A stretch of DNA of 64,000 nucleotides from Methanomassiliicoccaceae archaeon (GTDB taxonomy: Archaea > Thermoplasmatota > Thermoplasmata > Methanomassiliicoccales > Methanomassiliicoccaceae), in assembly GCA_040776945.1 (NCBI GenBank), contig JAXGZN010000002.1, positions 224,001 through 288,000 of the forward strand, written 5' to 3'. The notes under the pieces are model-generated. The model was not told the DNA's origin. It saw only the letters and a program-made list of their open reading frames with translations, and did not search any database. Positions 39,238-51,753 of the stretch are shown one piece after another (within the stretch, counting starts at the first letter, position 1; every line of letters begins with the position of its first letter). The translations under genes were made by a program, and so were the position numbers.

Positions 39238-40302
39238 TCAGATCACTTTCGTGAGCGTGGCCAAGCGTTCGGCCGCCTCATAGGTGAGGCCGACGTGGCC
39301 CAGTATCGTGAACCTATCCCGCACCTTGTGCGCATTGACCAGGGCCTCGATCACCTGCTCGGGGGTGAGGCCCAGCTCCTTGGCCGAGGTCGGGGCGCCG
39401 ATCTTCGCCAGCGCCTCCCTGAGCCTGGACCAGTCTCCGCCGTGCAGATACATCATCATGATCGCCCCGACGCCGCACTGCTCCCCATGCAGCGCCCTGC
39501 CTGGCGCGATCATGTCCAGAGCGTGGGAGAACATATGCTCTGAGCCGCTGGTCGGCCGCGACGAACCGGCCACCGACATCGACACGCCGGAGATGATGAT
39601 GGGCCTTATGGCCACCCAGACGCTCTCCTCGAGATTGGGCTTGATCAGGTCAGCATTGTCGATGATGGTCTCGGCGGTGTACATCGCAAGGGCGTACGCG
39701 GAGCGGGAGAACTCTTCTCCCCTGAGCCTCTTGGCGTACTCCCAGTCCTTCACCGCGGTGATGTTGGAAATGACGTCGGCGCAACCGGCCGCCAGCAGGC
39801 GGTACGGAGCCTGCACGATGATGGCCGTGTCAGCGATCACGCCCAGGGGGACGCGGGCATCCAGGGACAAGGGGCCGTCCTCATTCTTGATGGACGCCCG
39901 GCCCGATGCGATGCCGTCGTGAGATGCCGATGTCGGTATTGAGATGAACTCCAGTCCCAGGTCCTTGGCGACCATCTTGGCCAGGTCGATCTTGCTCCCT
40001 CCGCCGACCCCCAGCAGGAAATCGGTCTTGACCTCGCGGGCGATATCCTCGACCTTGTCCAGGTTCTCCTGGGTGGCCTCTCCGACCAAGGCGGTCTGCA
40101 CGTCGAAACCGCTGTCCTGTAGAGCGGACCCGACGATCCCGGCAGCGACGTCCTTGGTCTTGGAACCGGTGACGATCAGGGCGGTGCCCGATAGTCCGAA
40201 CTCCTTGCACACGTTCGGCACCTTATCGAGCACACCATGGCCCAGCACTACGTTCCTAGGGAAAAGGATCGAGCGGGCCTTGGTGAAGTCACCCTCATCC
40301 AT
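39238..40302 (-). CDS. egsA: sn-Glycerol-1-phosphate dehydrogenase
   Basis: GGGSKID, PTSASHDGIAS, GSSRPTSGSEH, LHGEQCG. Confidence 0.95.
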   Translation of the reverse strand: MDEGDFTKARSILFPRNVVLGHGVLDKVPNVCKEFGLSGTALIVTGSKTKDVAAGIVGSALQDSGFDVQTALVGEATQENLDKVEDIAREVKTDFLLGVGGGSKIDLAKMVAKDLGLEFISIPTSASHDGIASGRASIKNEDGPLSLDARVPLGVIADTAIIVQAPYRLLAAGCADVISNITAVKDWEYAKRLRGEEFSRSAYALAMYTAETIIDNADLIKPNLEESVWVAIRPIIISGVSMSVAGSSRPTSGSEHMFSHALDMIAPGRALHGEQCGVGAIMMMYLHGGDWSRLREALAKIGAPTSAKELGLTPEQVIEALVNAHKVRDRFTILGHVGLTYEAAERLATLTKVI

Positions 40303-40429
40303 CGGAGCACCCTAACCATAGCCGCCTATTAGTATCTTCTTTTGCCCGTCCACTTATGACGCGCGACGCTCTGGACCTGGAGGCCCTCGCCGGCCGCCAC
40401 AGGGGCTGGGGGGAGGGGCATCGAGCGAA

Positions 40430-40520
40430 GGGAAAAGGGACGGGAGAGTTGTTCAGGCGGAACACGGTTAAACTAACAGGAGGAGAAATTGTTGAGGGGG
40501 TATTCCTCTCCCAGTCCCTT
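40430..40520 (-). ncRNA. Candidate small non-coding RNA
   Basis: 14-bp terminal stem, C/U-rich loop, TTTAAA about 25 nt upstream and T-tract downstream on minus strand. Confidence 0.4.
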
Positions 40521-40561
40521 AACAGCGCGAAGAGAGAGATCGTATTTAAAGCTCACGCACG

Positions 40562-42832
40562 ATGGAAGCGATTTTTCCGGGCCTATCCATAGCGGCGGGG
40601 GCGGACCCGCTGCCCGGGGGCCGCTCAGACATATGCGGGTTGATAACCGTGTCTGGTCCTTTAAATATCACGCGCTCATCTGTTTCGGCAATGTTAGAGG
40701 AGCAGGGGAGCTGGGCCTCTCAAGAGGAACCTTTCGCCAACGGGTCCTCACTGAGCCTGGCACATGTGCTCAGCTCCATACCTCTGCCCCTCATCGTCCT
40801 GGACGTTTCCGGGCGCATCGCCCACGTGGGCGAGAGGGCCAAGGTCATCCTTGGACGCGGCTCCAAGGAGCTCCTCGGAGTGCTTTTCGAAGAACTGCTG
40901 CTGAAGGGAGGTTCCCCTTCCCAGCGGGAGATATGCTCTGAAGCGTTGAGGAAGGCCTTGTCCGGGGAACCGGCAAGGGCCGCGCTCACCTTCTCCACGC
41001 CGCTCGGCACCCCGGAGTACCGCTGCACCCTGATGCCCACGACCGACGCCCACGGCAGCGCGGAAGGGGTCGTGGTCGTCCTCAGGGAGGAGAGGCCCAA
41101 GGAACGGGACCTCCGGGAGGGACGCTCCATAGAATCGATCCGGGTGCTCGCCAAGACCTCGTCGGACCTCCTGGAGAGCAACGACCTGAAGGAGATCATC
41201 GAGGCCGAGACCGCCCGCCTGGTGACCTCGCTGGGCCTGGACTTCGCCATCTTCCGCATCCTGACCCCCGATGACAAGCCCCTGATGCTGTGCCACGGCA
41301 TCGACTACAAGGAGGCGAGGGAGGTCCTGGAGAGCCCGCTGATCGACGGCACCCAGATGTACACCAGTGTATGCAGGGGGCGCGAGCTGGTGCTCGATGA
41401 CCCCATCGAGATCGCCGAGGCCCTGCGCATCGCACCGAAGGTCCGCTCGCTGGCAGCGATAACGATACATTGGAATAACAAGGCCTACGGCTGCGCGGTC
41501 TTCGGCACCCGCCGAGGCGGAACGTCGGTGAGGTCCCATCATCCAATACTGAAGGTTTTCTGCAATCAGGTCGGGATATCGCTGAGGAACGCTGCCCTGA
41601 GGCGCGAGCTGGTGCACAGGAACGATGAGCTCCGGGGGCTCTATGAAACGACCCAGGCCATGTCCTCCATGCTGGAGCTGGACGAGCTGCTGCACATCAT
41701 ACTTCAGACCGCCCTGGACCTGGTGAGGGCGGAGAACGGCTTCATATTCAAGCTCGACCCCTCGGCCGGGAAGCTGAGGACCATCTCCCGGATAACCGAG
41801 GCCCATCTTCCGGACAACATCGAGCTGAACGTCGGGGAAGGCATCACCGGGCACGTGGTGAGGACCGGCAAGGGTCTGCTGGTGGAGCGTGCGGACCTGG
41901 ACCCCCGGGCGGTCACCGTGCCGGGGACGCCGGACGAGGACCCCAGCTCGATCATATGCGTGCCCCTGCGGTTCTCCGACGACATCATGGGCGCCATGAC
42001 CCTGGAGAAGCGTCCAGGCGTACCCTTCACCCCCAAGGACTACGAGCTCATCGAGCTGTTCTCCCTACAGGCATCGCTGTCGATACATCGCGCGTCACAG
42101 TACGACAAGATCCGCTCCGCGGCCGCCAATACCCAGATGTACAATGTCCTTCTGACGCACGATGTCGCCAACTTCAACGTGCCCATCCACGGGTTCCTGG
42201 AGATCCTGCTGAAGGACCCCAAGCTCGACGAGCGTCAGCGCCGGTACGTCCGATCCGCCCTGGTGCAGTCGGACAACATCTCCGAGCTGATCGCCGATGT
42301 CAGGGAGCTTTCGAGGCTGAGGGCCAAGGGCGCCGAGACGTCCCTGGAGCGGGTGGACATCGTCGCGGTCATGAAGGAGGCCAAGGAGGACATATTCTCC
42401 AACGTGGTCTACGAGGACATCGAGACAAAGTTCAGCTCCGACGTGGAGGAGGCCCCGACCATGGCCGACGCCTTCCTCAAGGACCTGTTCTACAACCTGT
42501 TGTCCAACGCCTGCAAGTACGGCCGCGGCGCTCCGGTGGAGATCGAGATATCGGAACACCACCAGGACGGGCAGAGGTGGTGGAAGGTCCGGATAATCGA
42601 CGAAGGGAAGGGCATCCCCGACGAGAGGAAGTCGGGGCTGTTCAAGCGCTATGATAACCTGGACACCGTGCACGGCTCCGACGGCCACGGGCTGGGGCTG
42701 TCGGTCGTCGGCGCGCTGGTAGAACGCTACAACGGAAAAGTATGGGCTGAGGACAGGGTCCCCGGGGACCCCTCCAAGGGAGCGGTGTTCGTGGTCCTGT
42801 TGCCGCAGGCCTCCCGAGGACCGGAGGGATAG
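40562..42832 (+). CDS. Cytoplasmic PAS/GAF sensor histidine kinase
   Basis: H-box THDVAN, N-box NLLSNACKY, DEGKGIP, GLGL; GEGITGHV GAF; start uncertain. Confidence 0.9.
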   Translation: MEAIFPGLSIAAGADPLPGGRSDICGLITVSGPLNITRSSVSAMLEEQGSWASQEEPFANGSSLSLAHVLSSIPLPLIVLDVSGRIAHVGERAKVILGRGSKELLGVLFEELLLKGGSPSQREICSEALRKALSGEPARAALTFSTPLGTPEYRCTLMPTTDAHGSAEGVVVVLREERPKERDLREGRSIESIRVLAKTSSDLLESNDLKEIIEAETARLVTSLGLDFAIFRILTPDDKPLMLCHGIDYKEAREVLESPLIDGTQMYTSVCRGRELVLDDPIEIAEALRIAPKVRSLAAITIHWNNKAYGCAVFGTRRGGTSVRSHHPILKVFCNQVGISLRNAALRRELVHRNDELRGLYETTQAMSSMLELDELLHIILQTALDLVRAENGFIFKLDPSAGKLRTISRITEAHLPDNIELNVGEGITGHVVRTGKGLLVERADLDPRAVTVPGTPDEDPSSIICVPLRFSDDIMGAMTLEKRPGVPFTPKDYELIELFSLQASLSIHRASQYDKIRSAAANTQMYNVLLTHDVANFNVPIHGFLEILLKDPKLDERQRRYVRSALVQSDNISELIADVRELSRLRAKGAETSLERVDIVAVMKEAKEDIFSNVVYEDIETKFSSDVEEAPTMADAFLKDLFYNLLSNACKYGRGAPVEIEISEHHQDGQRWWKVRIIDEGKGIPDERKSGLFKRYDNLDTVHGSDGHGLGLSVVGALVERYNGKVWAEDRVPGDPSKGAVFVVLLPQASRGPEG

Positions 42833-42833
42833 G

Positions 42834-43226
42834 ATGAGCAGGTATGCCATGATCAACCGGGTGCTCATGGTCGACGATAACCTGGAGCATCTGGAGCTTT
42901 GCCGCGAAACGCTTCCGGCGGAGGAGTTCCAGCTCGATGTGGCCACCACGCCGGCCGACGCGCTGGGAAAGCTGCAGCTTAACCATTACAGCATCGTGGT
43001 GCTCGACTACCGCCTCCCATATATGTCCGGCCTGGAGCTGCTGAGGAGGATCAGGGGCAAGGGCTACAAGATGCCCATAGTGCTCGTGTCCGCGGTGGAC
43101 GACCCGGACCTCAGCACCAAGGCGCGGATGGCGGGCGCGAACGATTACATCGTCAAGAGGTTCCGCTACTACTCCACTCTCAGGGAGAGGCTGTTGGAGA
43201 ACATCGATCCCCGCCACCGGTTCTGA
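42834..43226 (+). CDS. Single-domain response regulator (CheY-like)
   Basis: VDDN, LDYRLP..SG, SA, GANDYIVK. Confidence 0.92.
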   Translation: MSRYAMINRVLMVDDNLEHLELCRETLPAEEFQLDVATTPADALGKLQLNHYSIVVLDYRLPYMSGLELLRRIRGKGYKMPIVLVSAVDDPDLSTKARMAGANDYIVKRFRYYSTLRERLLENIDPRHRF

Positions 43227-43260
43227 ACATGCATATATTCCGGGAAGGCATCTTAGGGGC

Positions 43261-43845
43261 ATGAGCGGCGCGGTCAAGGTCCTCGGGGTTCTCGGCAGCC
43301 CACGCCGGGGAGGCAACACCGAGCTGTTGTTGGACGCGGCGCTGGAGGGGGCCGCGGAGGAGGGAGCTTCTATCGAGAAGGTGGTCCTGGACGCCCTTGC
43401 CATAAGGCCGTGCACCGCGTGCGACGGCTGCCGGGACGGGATCAGATGCGTCCTGAACGACGACATGGCCGCGCTATATCCCAAGATAGAGGACGCGGAC
43501 GCGATCGTGCTCGCGTCACCGGTGTACTTCGAATCGGTCACCGCGCAGACCAAGGCCTTCATAGACCGATGCCAGCTCTTCTGGTGTCGGAAGTACCTGC
43601 TCGGCATGAAGGGCAAGAGGCGGGCCGGCGCCCTCCTGGCCGTGGGGGCCAGGGTGCGCACCGACTTCCACGCTCCGGAGGCCACCGCCCGGGCGCTGTT
43701 CCACACGCTCGACGCGATGCCCTGCCAAGTGCTCGCCTACGCAGGTTTCGAGGAGCCCAGATCGATCGAGGACCATCCTGACGCGCTGCGGGAGTCCCGC
43801 GAGCTGGGGCGGCAGCTGGCCGCGAGGGGGCGAGATATTATTTAA
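43261..43845 (+). CDS. Flavodoxin-family iron-sulfur flavoprotein (Isf-like)
   Basis: GSPRRGGNT, CTACDGC....C, SPVYF, FIDR. Confidence 0.9.
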   Translation: MSGAVKVLGVLGSPRRGGNTELLLDAALEGAAEEGASIEKVVLDALAIRPCTACDGCRDGIRCVLNDDMAALYPKIEDADAIVLASPVYFESVTAQTKAFIDRCQLFWCRKYLLGMKGKRRAGALLAVGARVRTDFHAPEATARALFHTLDAMPCQVLAYAGFEEPRSIEDHPDALRESRELGRQLAARGRDII

Positions 43846-43877
43846 ATCTGATTTCACATGAGGTCACGGCGTTAAGA

Positions 43878-44255
43878 ATGGTAGTGATCAGCGTATCGAT
43901 ATCTGCCAAGGAGCTGAGGGACTTCGAGGAGATGGCCAAGCAGGCCGGCTACTCGTCCCGCTCCGATGCGGTCCGGGACGCACTGCACCGGTTCGTGTCC
44001 GGCAACAACTGGATCAACGATCTGGAGGGCAGGGTGAGCTGCGTGCTGTCTGTGATATACGCCGATCGCAAGAAGCACCATGTCCATGATATCGTTCACG
44101 AGTACGCGGACATAGTCCATTCGTCCATGCATACCCATATCGACCATCGCTGCGTGGAGCAGGTCGTGCTCGACGGCCCTTCGCCGAAGGTGCGCAAGCT
44201 GCTGACCGAGCTGTCCGCGCAGAAGGACGTGCGCGTGACGGTCAGCGTGTTCTAA
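43878..44255 (+). CDS. nikR: NikR-like ribbon-helix-helix metal-responsive regulator
   Basis: ISVS..SRSDAVRDA RHH; H..H, HTH...C metal site. Confidence 0.8.
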   Translation: MVVISVSISAKELRDFEEMAKQAGYSSRSDAVRDALHRFVSGNNWINDLEGRVSCVLSVIYADRKKHHVHDIVHEYADIVHSSMHTHIDHRCVEQVVLDGPSPKVRKLLTELSAQKDVRVTVSVF

Positions 44256-44356
44256 GGGACGCATGTCGAGAGAAACCGGGTGCTGCATCGGCGCGATGCA
44301 TGGGCCGAACTGAAAAGAAATATTATGGGAAGGGGAGGCCTCTCGGCCTCGTTGGT

Positions 44357-47335
44357 TCACTTCCTCTTGTACCGGAACACGATGAACCCAGCCGCCAGCA
44401 GGGCCACCACGGCCACGCCGACGATGCCCAGCATCAGGCCGTTGTCGCCGCTGGAGGCGGCCGAGGCCAGGCTCACCGCCTCCATTGCGGTGGCCTGTCC
44501 GGCGGACACGGTGACCGTCTTGGTCATGGCGAGGTAGCCGTCCTTGGTTATGTTCATGGTGTAGGTTCCGGCGGGGACGTCCTTCAGCTCGAAGCGGCCG
44601 TCGGCGTCGGTGGTCGTGGACATGCCGTTGCTGAGCGTCACCGTCGCGTTGGCGAGCGGCTTTCCATCAGGTCCATTGATGGTCCCAGAGACGGAGCCCT
44701 CGTTCTTCATCGTCCTGAACGAACCATCCGCGGTCATCTCGTTGCCGGCCAGGTCCTTACCCGATACGGCCACGGCATATTCGGTGTTGTATGCCAGGGA
44801 GGCCGAGGGAGTGAAGGTCGCCACGTTGCCGTCCCAAGCCATCGTCCCGCTGACGCCGTCGATCGTGATGGTCACCGAGCTCTCGTTCATCCGCTCGGAG
44901 AAGGTAACCACGATCTGGGCGTTGACGCTGACGCCGTTGCCGCTGGGCGCGATGGTAGCGGTCGGCGGGGTGTTGTCCACGGTGATGTTGACCGACGCCT
45001 CGCCGACGTTGCCGGCCATGTCGGTCACCCTGACCTTGAACACGTGGACACCGTCCTCCAGATCGGTCAGGGCCAGGGTAAGGTCGTCGATGGAGGTCCA
45101 ATCGCCGTCGTCAAGGCTGTACTCGTGCTTGTCGATGCCCGAGCCCTCCTCGAGAATGGTCCATTCCACGGTCACATCGCGCTCGGTGGTGTACATGTCG
45201 CCGTCCGGCGAGGTGATGGTCACCACGGGGGCGGTCGCGTCGACCTCGAACTCGACGAAGGTGGAGTTCCAGTTGCCGGCCAGGTCCTCGGCCCTGAGGG
45301 TGACGCTATGCTCGCCGTCGGCGAGGCCGGTCAGAAGGTACGAGGTGTTCCTGCTCATGTTGAGGAAGGGGCCATCGTCCACGCTGAGCCAGTAGCGCCC
45401 TATGGTGGAGTTGGAGGAACCTGTCCAGATCACCGTGACGTCCCTCGAGCTCAGCAGCGCGCCGCTGCTCGGCGCGGTGATGTCCAGCACCGGCAGGGAA
45501 GTCTGGACGTAGAAGGGCTTGAACGAGGTCCGGCTGTTGCCGGCGTTGTCGTAGACGCGCACGGAGATGATGTGGGCCCCGTCCTCGAGATCGCCGATGA
45601 TGAAGTGATCGCCTTCGGCCAGCATCCATTCTCCCCCGTCCACCGATACAGAGGCGTTCTTGATGCCGCTGCCTTTGTCAAAGGCGGTCCAGGTGGCGTT
45701 CAGGCTGGAGGCGTTGTACCACGCCCCGACCGCCGGGACGATGATGTTCAACGAGGGCGCGGTCGTGTCCACCGTGAAGTTGACCTCGGCGTAAGCGCTC
45801 CCGCCGTCCGTGCCGTAGGCGGTGATGTTGACATTGTACTCTCCGTCCTCCAGGTCGACGAGGGTCGCGGAGGTATCCATCCCCATGTTCACCGGCTCTT
45901 CCCCGTTGACGCTCATGGTGTAGTGGTCCACGTGGGAACCGCTCCACTCCACTAGAACGCTATCGGAGCCGCTCAGGAACCCCTCGCCCGGAGAACCGAT
46001 GGTCACCGACGGGTCCACGTGCGGAGGGTTGTACACGCTGTAGAACGCGCTTTCCGTCAAATATCCAGACGAATTATCTTCAATGGACCACACGGCAATG
46101 GCATGGCCATCGCCTCCCAGCGCCACCTTGGCTTGACTGACCTCGAACGGGCAGACCACGCTCACCGGTCCCCAGGCCCCGCTCGAGTAGACCGAAGCGT
46201 AAAGGGAGACCGAACCATCATTGTACGCTTGCCACATGGCCACCGCTTCGTTGTGCTCGTTCGTTCCCAGGACTAGATTTCCCGCATCGGCACCTTCTAT
46301 CCCGCATCTGGTGGTCTCTGCGTCCGAAGGCCCTGTGATAACGGTTACGTTGCAGTAGTAGTTATCCGCCTGGACTATCCAACCGAGGACAAGGATGCCC
46401 TGGCTGATGGCCAGCTCGGGATAGAACACATTCACGTCATCAATGACATCATAGCTCTGTAAAAGGAAACCGGACCTGATGTCTATGGTTACGAGCGAGA
46501 TGTCGGCCTTGTCGTTTTCGTAATCCTCGAACGCTATGAACGCAGAGTTATCGCGGATGGCCACGGTCGGTTCGTAACAGGCCACACCGGATGGCGAGAC
46601 ATCCTCCGGCGCCGTCCAATCGCCGTCCACGTAGAATGCTGCGGAGATCGTCCAATGATCTCCGGTATAGCTCTCCCATGCGATCACGAGGTCCCCCTCC
46701 TCGTTCATCGCCATGTCATACCCTACGTTCATGCCAGGGTGGCTGGACAAGGCCTCAGCGGAGCTCCATGTGCCGCCGGAATAGGTAGCCACCAGGATAT
46801 GAGAATCGGTGTAGCCGTATTGAATCATCGCCACGGCCCCGTACCCTCCATTGCCAAACACCGCCTGGCAGTTCGCCGCCTGGTAGACCTCGGGACTCAG
46901 GTCCTGGACAGTTCCCCACTCACCGTCGACGTAGTCTATGGCCTGCAGGACCATATCGGGCCCCGTCCGGGCGATCCACGCCACGATCGCGTCCCCGTGA
47001 TCGTTCATAGCGACCGAAGGTTCCATGCATTGCGTCCCTGGCGCGGACACCGTCTCCACAGGGCCCCAGGAGCCGCCGGAGTATAACATCACGTACACGG
47101 AGGACGAAATCCCTTCCCAGGTGACGACGTAGCCGATCCACGCGGCGATGGCATCCCCCGCTTCGTTCATGGCGATGCAGGGCTGAGTGGAATTGTGGTC
47201 ACTGCCGGCAGGGTCCAGCGGCGCTGGGGGCGTCCAGTCCGAAGGCGGAATCGCCGTAGCGTTCGCGGTCACGAACAGGCATGATGCGACCATCATGGCA
47301 CATAAGATCAATGAAATCGCTTTGCGAAATTGCAT
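44357..47335 (-). CDS. Surface protein: propeller-like N-terminal repeats, Ig-like (Big) repeats, carboxypeptidase-regulatory-like domain, C-terminal TM anchor
   Basis: Signal peptide; P.IAMN..GD...AW repeats; D.AGN / D.T.P Big repeats; TM plus YKRK tail. Confidence 0.88.
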   Translation of the reverse strand: MQFRKAISLILCAMMVASCLFVTANATAIPPSDWTPPAPLDPAGSDHNSTQPCIAMNEAGDAIAAWIGYVVTWEGISSSVYVMLYSGGSWGPVETVSAPGTQCMEPSVAMNDHGDAIVAWIARTGPDMVLQAIDYVDGEWGTVQDLSPEVYQAANCQAVFGNGGYGAVAMIQYGYTDSHILVATYSGGTWSSAEALSSHPGMNVGYDMAMNEEGDLVIAWESYTGDHWTISAAFYVDGDWTAPEDVSPSGVACYEPTVAIRDNSAFIAFEDYENDKADISLVTIDIRSGFLLQSYDVIDDVNVFYPELAISQGILVLGWIVQADNYYCNVTVITGPSDAETTRCGIEGADAGNLVLGTNEHNEAVAMWQAYNDGSVSLYASVYSSGAWGPVSVVCPFEVSQAKVALGGDGHAIAVWSIEDNSSGYLTESAFYSVYNPPHVDPSVTIGSPGEGFLSGSDSVLVEWSGSHVDHYTMSVNGEEPVNMGMDTSATLVDLEDGEYNVNITAYGTDGGSAYAEVNFTVDTTAPSLNIIVPAVGAWYNASSLNATWTAFDKGSGIKNASVSVDGGEWMLAEGDHFIIGDLEDGAHIISVRVYDNAGNSRTSFKPFYVQTSLPVLDITAPSSGALLSSRDVTVIWTGSSNSTIGRYWLSVDDGPFLNMSRNTSYLLTGLADGEHSVTLRAEDLAGNWNSTFVEFEVDATAPVVTITSPDGDMYTTERDVTVEWTILEEGSGIDKHEYSLDDGDWTSIDDLTLALTDLEDGVHVFKVRVTDMAGNVGEASVNITVDNTPPTATIAPSGNGVSVNAQIVVTFSERMNESSVTITIDGVSGTMAWDGNVATFTPSASLAYNTEYAVAVSGKDLAGNEMTADGSFRTMKNEGSVSGTINGPDGKPLANATVTLSNGMSTTTDADGRFELKDVPAGTYTMNITKDGYLAMTKTVTVSAGQATAMEAVSLASAASSGDNGLMLGIVGVAVVALLAAGFIVFRYKRK

Positions 47336-47609
47336 AGGCTGCTTGCTCCTATCCTCCCTCCACGGGTTTGGTCTGGAGCACGCGTGAACGTATATATATA
47401 ATATAATTCTTGAGTTCTATATTTGAGAACAAGGGCCGACGGAGCGAAAGGCCGATCGGTAACGCACCGTTCCCCTCATCGCTCTTCGAGCCCCGGACCA
47501 AGGACGACGCTGTATGCCTTTCCTAAGAAATGGTCGGTTCCCCTCCTCCGCGATATGAACAAACCATCCCGAATTTAGCACATGCATCAAATACCCGCCC
47601 CCGGGTTAT

Positions 47610-49727
<2,118 letters not shown>

Positions 49728-50495
49728 TCATTGGCACCGTATCTGCCCTCCCACATTATGGCGGTCCAGCTCGATGATCTTGCGCCGGATGTAGCGCACC
49801 GTGCTCCATACCAGGACCACGGATAGGAGCAGGGCGATGAAGGAGGCCTCAGTGCCCGCTTCCGGGAAGATGTCCGAGCCGAGGGACGCCAGCAGGTTGA
49901 ACACCGCGTGAATGGCCACCGCCGCCAGGTAGTAGGGGGACCAGCTGGACAGGGTCCCGTACCAGGTGCGCAGGCACTTGGACCGGGAGACCCCGAAGCC
50001 GGAGATGGCTGAGGCCGAGGTGTGCAGCAGCGTCGAGGTTATCGTGCGGGCGATCACGGTGATGACGAGGATCTCAAACCCCTCGGTCCATGCCGTGCTG
50101 TAGTAAAGCACGTTCTCCCCGGCGGCGAACCCCAGGCCGACCGCCGCCCCGTACACCAGGCCGTTCTCCGGCTCGGTCAGACGCCTGGTGACCGTGAACA
50201 CCCCGGTGAGCTTGGTGAACTCTTCGATGAGCGGCGCAAGGACAACGGCCATGAGGACCGTTCCCGCTTGAGGGTCAAGCATCCCGCCGCCGATCGATCT
50301 CAGGGCGATCATCGCCACCACCTCCAGGACGAAGGCCATCCCCAAGGCGACCACGAGGCCGTAGATGAACACCCCCTCCACGGCCAGGAACGGTTCGCGT
50401 TCATGGACCTCCGCCGAGCGGATCCAAAGCATGTAGATGATCGCGGGAACGAAGGCCACTACAAGGATTATTCCAAGCTCGATCGGGGACTCCAT
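49728..50495 (-). CDS. PrsW-family intramembrane metalloprotease
   Basis: APLIEEFTK, GLGFAAGEN, two conserved His. Confidence 0.88.
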   Translation of the reverse strand: MESPIELGIILVVAFVPAIIYMLWIRSAEVHEREPFLAVEGVFIYGLVVALGMAFVLEVVAMIALRSIGGGMLDPQAGTVLMAVVLAPLIEEFTKLTGVFTVTRRLTEPENGLVYGAAVGLGFAAGENVLYYSTAWTEGFEILVITVIARTITSTLLHTSASAISGFGVSRSKCLRTWYGTLSSWSPYYLAAVAIHAVFNLLASLGSDIFPEAGTEASFIALLLSVVLVWSTVRYIRRKIIELDRHNVGGQIRCQ

Positions 50496-50673
50496 GTGAA
50501 CGTGATGATATGAGGGGCCTGGATAAAAAGACGCTCCGCTCGGCTCTCAAGAACGATCCCCTCCGCACATCCACGCGGGACGTAGGCGGAGCATACGCCT
50601 CGAAGGGGCCGTCGCGGGGAACGGGCGACAATGGCCTGGCCGTTTAACGCGGTGAGCGCGGAGGCATCCCGCC

Positions 50674-51705
50674 TCACTCTCCCGGCGCGGCGCATCCCTG
50701 GCGTGAAGGGGCCGGCACGGGCGCGGGATCCTCGGCGGGCGGCCCCATCTCATCCTCCACGATCAGGTCCCCAATGACCGGAGTGAAAGGGTCCATGAAC
50801 GCGCCCTTCATTCCGGCGGAGCGCAAGGCCGGAAGGTCAAGCTCGGTGACCCCGCCGCCCATGATGATGCCGGCGTCCATGGCGCTGAGCGTCTCGAGGA
50901 GGGCAGCGTCTATGCCCTGCCCGCGCCCGATGCGCCTCAGGTCCAGGACGCCGATCGCCTCGTAGCCGATATCGGCCAGCGCCGCTATGGTCCGCCCCAG
51001 GTCCTTTGGTCCCGCGGACCCGCTAGGCCACAGCGCCCTGCCGTCATAGTGGACGCAGGGCACTATCCGGTCGGAGAGGTCGAAGGCCTCCTCGAACAGT
51101 TCCATGGAGGGCGCGGTCATGGTGCCGACGACCGTCCGGGCCACGTCCATGGCGAAGGCATCGAACACGTCCTCGATGTCCCGCACGCCGAGGTCCAGCC
51201 ATACTTGGTACTTGCTCTTTATCAGCGCTTTGAGAACGTCGAAATTGGGCCTGCCGTCCCGCACCCCAGAAAGGTCCAGCAATGCGATCTCCTTGGCCGA
51301 GTACCTTGGTCCGTGCACCGCCCTCCAGTATCTGGAGAAACGCTCCTTCCGACCCTTGATGCGGTAGCCCCCTTCCCACTCCACTTCCACCACGTTCGCG
51401 ACCTGCGCGACCGGCAGGTCGATGTACGGGACGCGCAAGGCGGAGATGGTGTCGATGGGCATGATGGGCACGTGCATGAAGCAGTCCTCATCGGCCCCGC
51501 CCTTGGAGACGATGCTTCTCTGGAAGGTCTTTAGGTCATCAACGGAATCGAAGTCCAGGGGCACTGCGGTCCGGCCGCAGCTGCGGCAGCGGTAGCCGCC
51601 GTCATTATGGTCCACCCACGGCAGGGGACCGCCGAACAGCAGCGCGGGGCGGGTGTCCATGCTGCCGCAGTACGGGCAGGCCCGAAGCGTGACCTTCTCG
51701 TTCAT
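50674..51705 (-). CDS. Zn-ribbon plus HisA/HisF-related TIM-barrel protein
   Basis: CPYC...CRSC; LLDLSG, WLDLGVR, VVGT, LDL.RIG, MGGGV. Confidence 0.72.
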   Translation of the reverse strand: MNEKVTLRACPYCGSMDTRPALLFGGPLPWVDHNDGGYRCRSCGRTAVPLDFDSVDDLKTFQRSIVSKGGADEDCFMHVPIMPIDTISALRVPYIDLPVAQVANVVEVEWEGGYRIKGRKERFSRYWRAVHGPRYSAKEIALLDLSGVRDGRPNFDVLKALIKSKYQVWLDLGVRDIEDVFDAFAMDVARTVVGTMTAPSMELFEEAFDLSDRIVPCVHYDGRALWPSGSAGPKDLGRTIAALADIGYEAIGVLDLRRIGRGQGIDAALLETLSAMDAGIIMGGGVTELDLPALRSAGMKGAFMDPFTPVIGDLIVEDEMGPPAEDPAPVPAPSRQGCAAPGE

Positions 51706-51753
51706 CCCACGCACCTAGGGAGCGCCTCGATAAGAGATTTGCGGGCCCATGGT

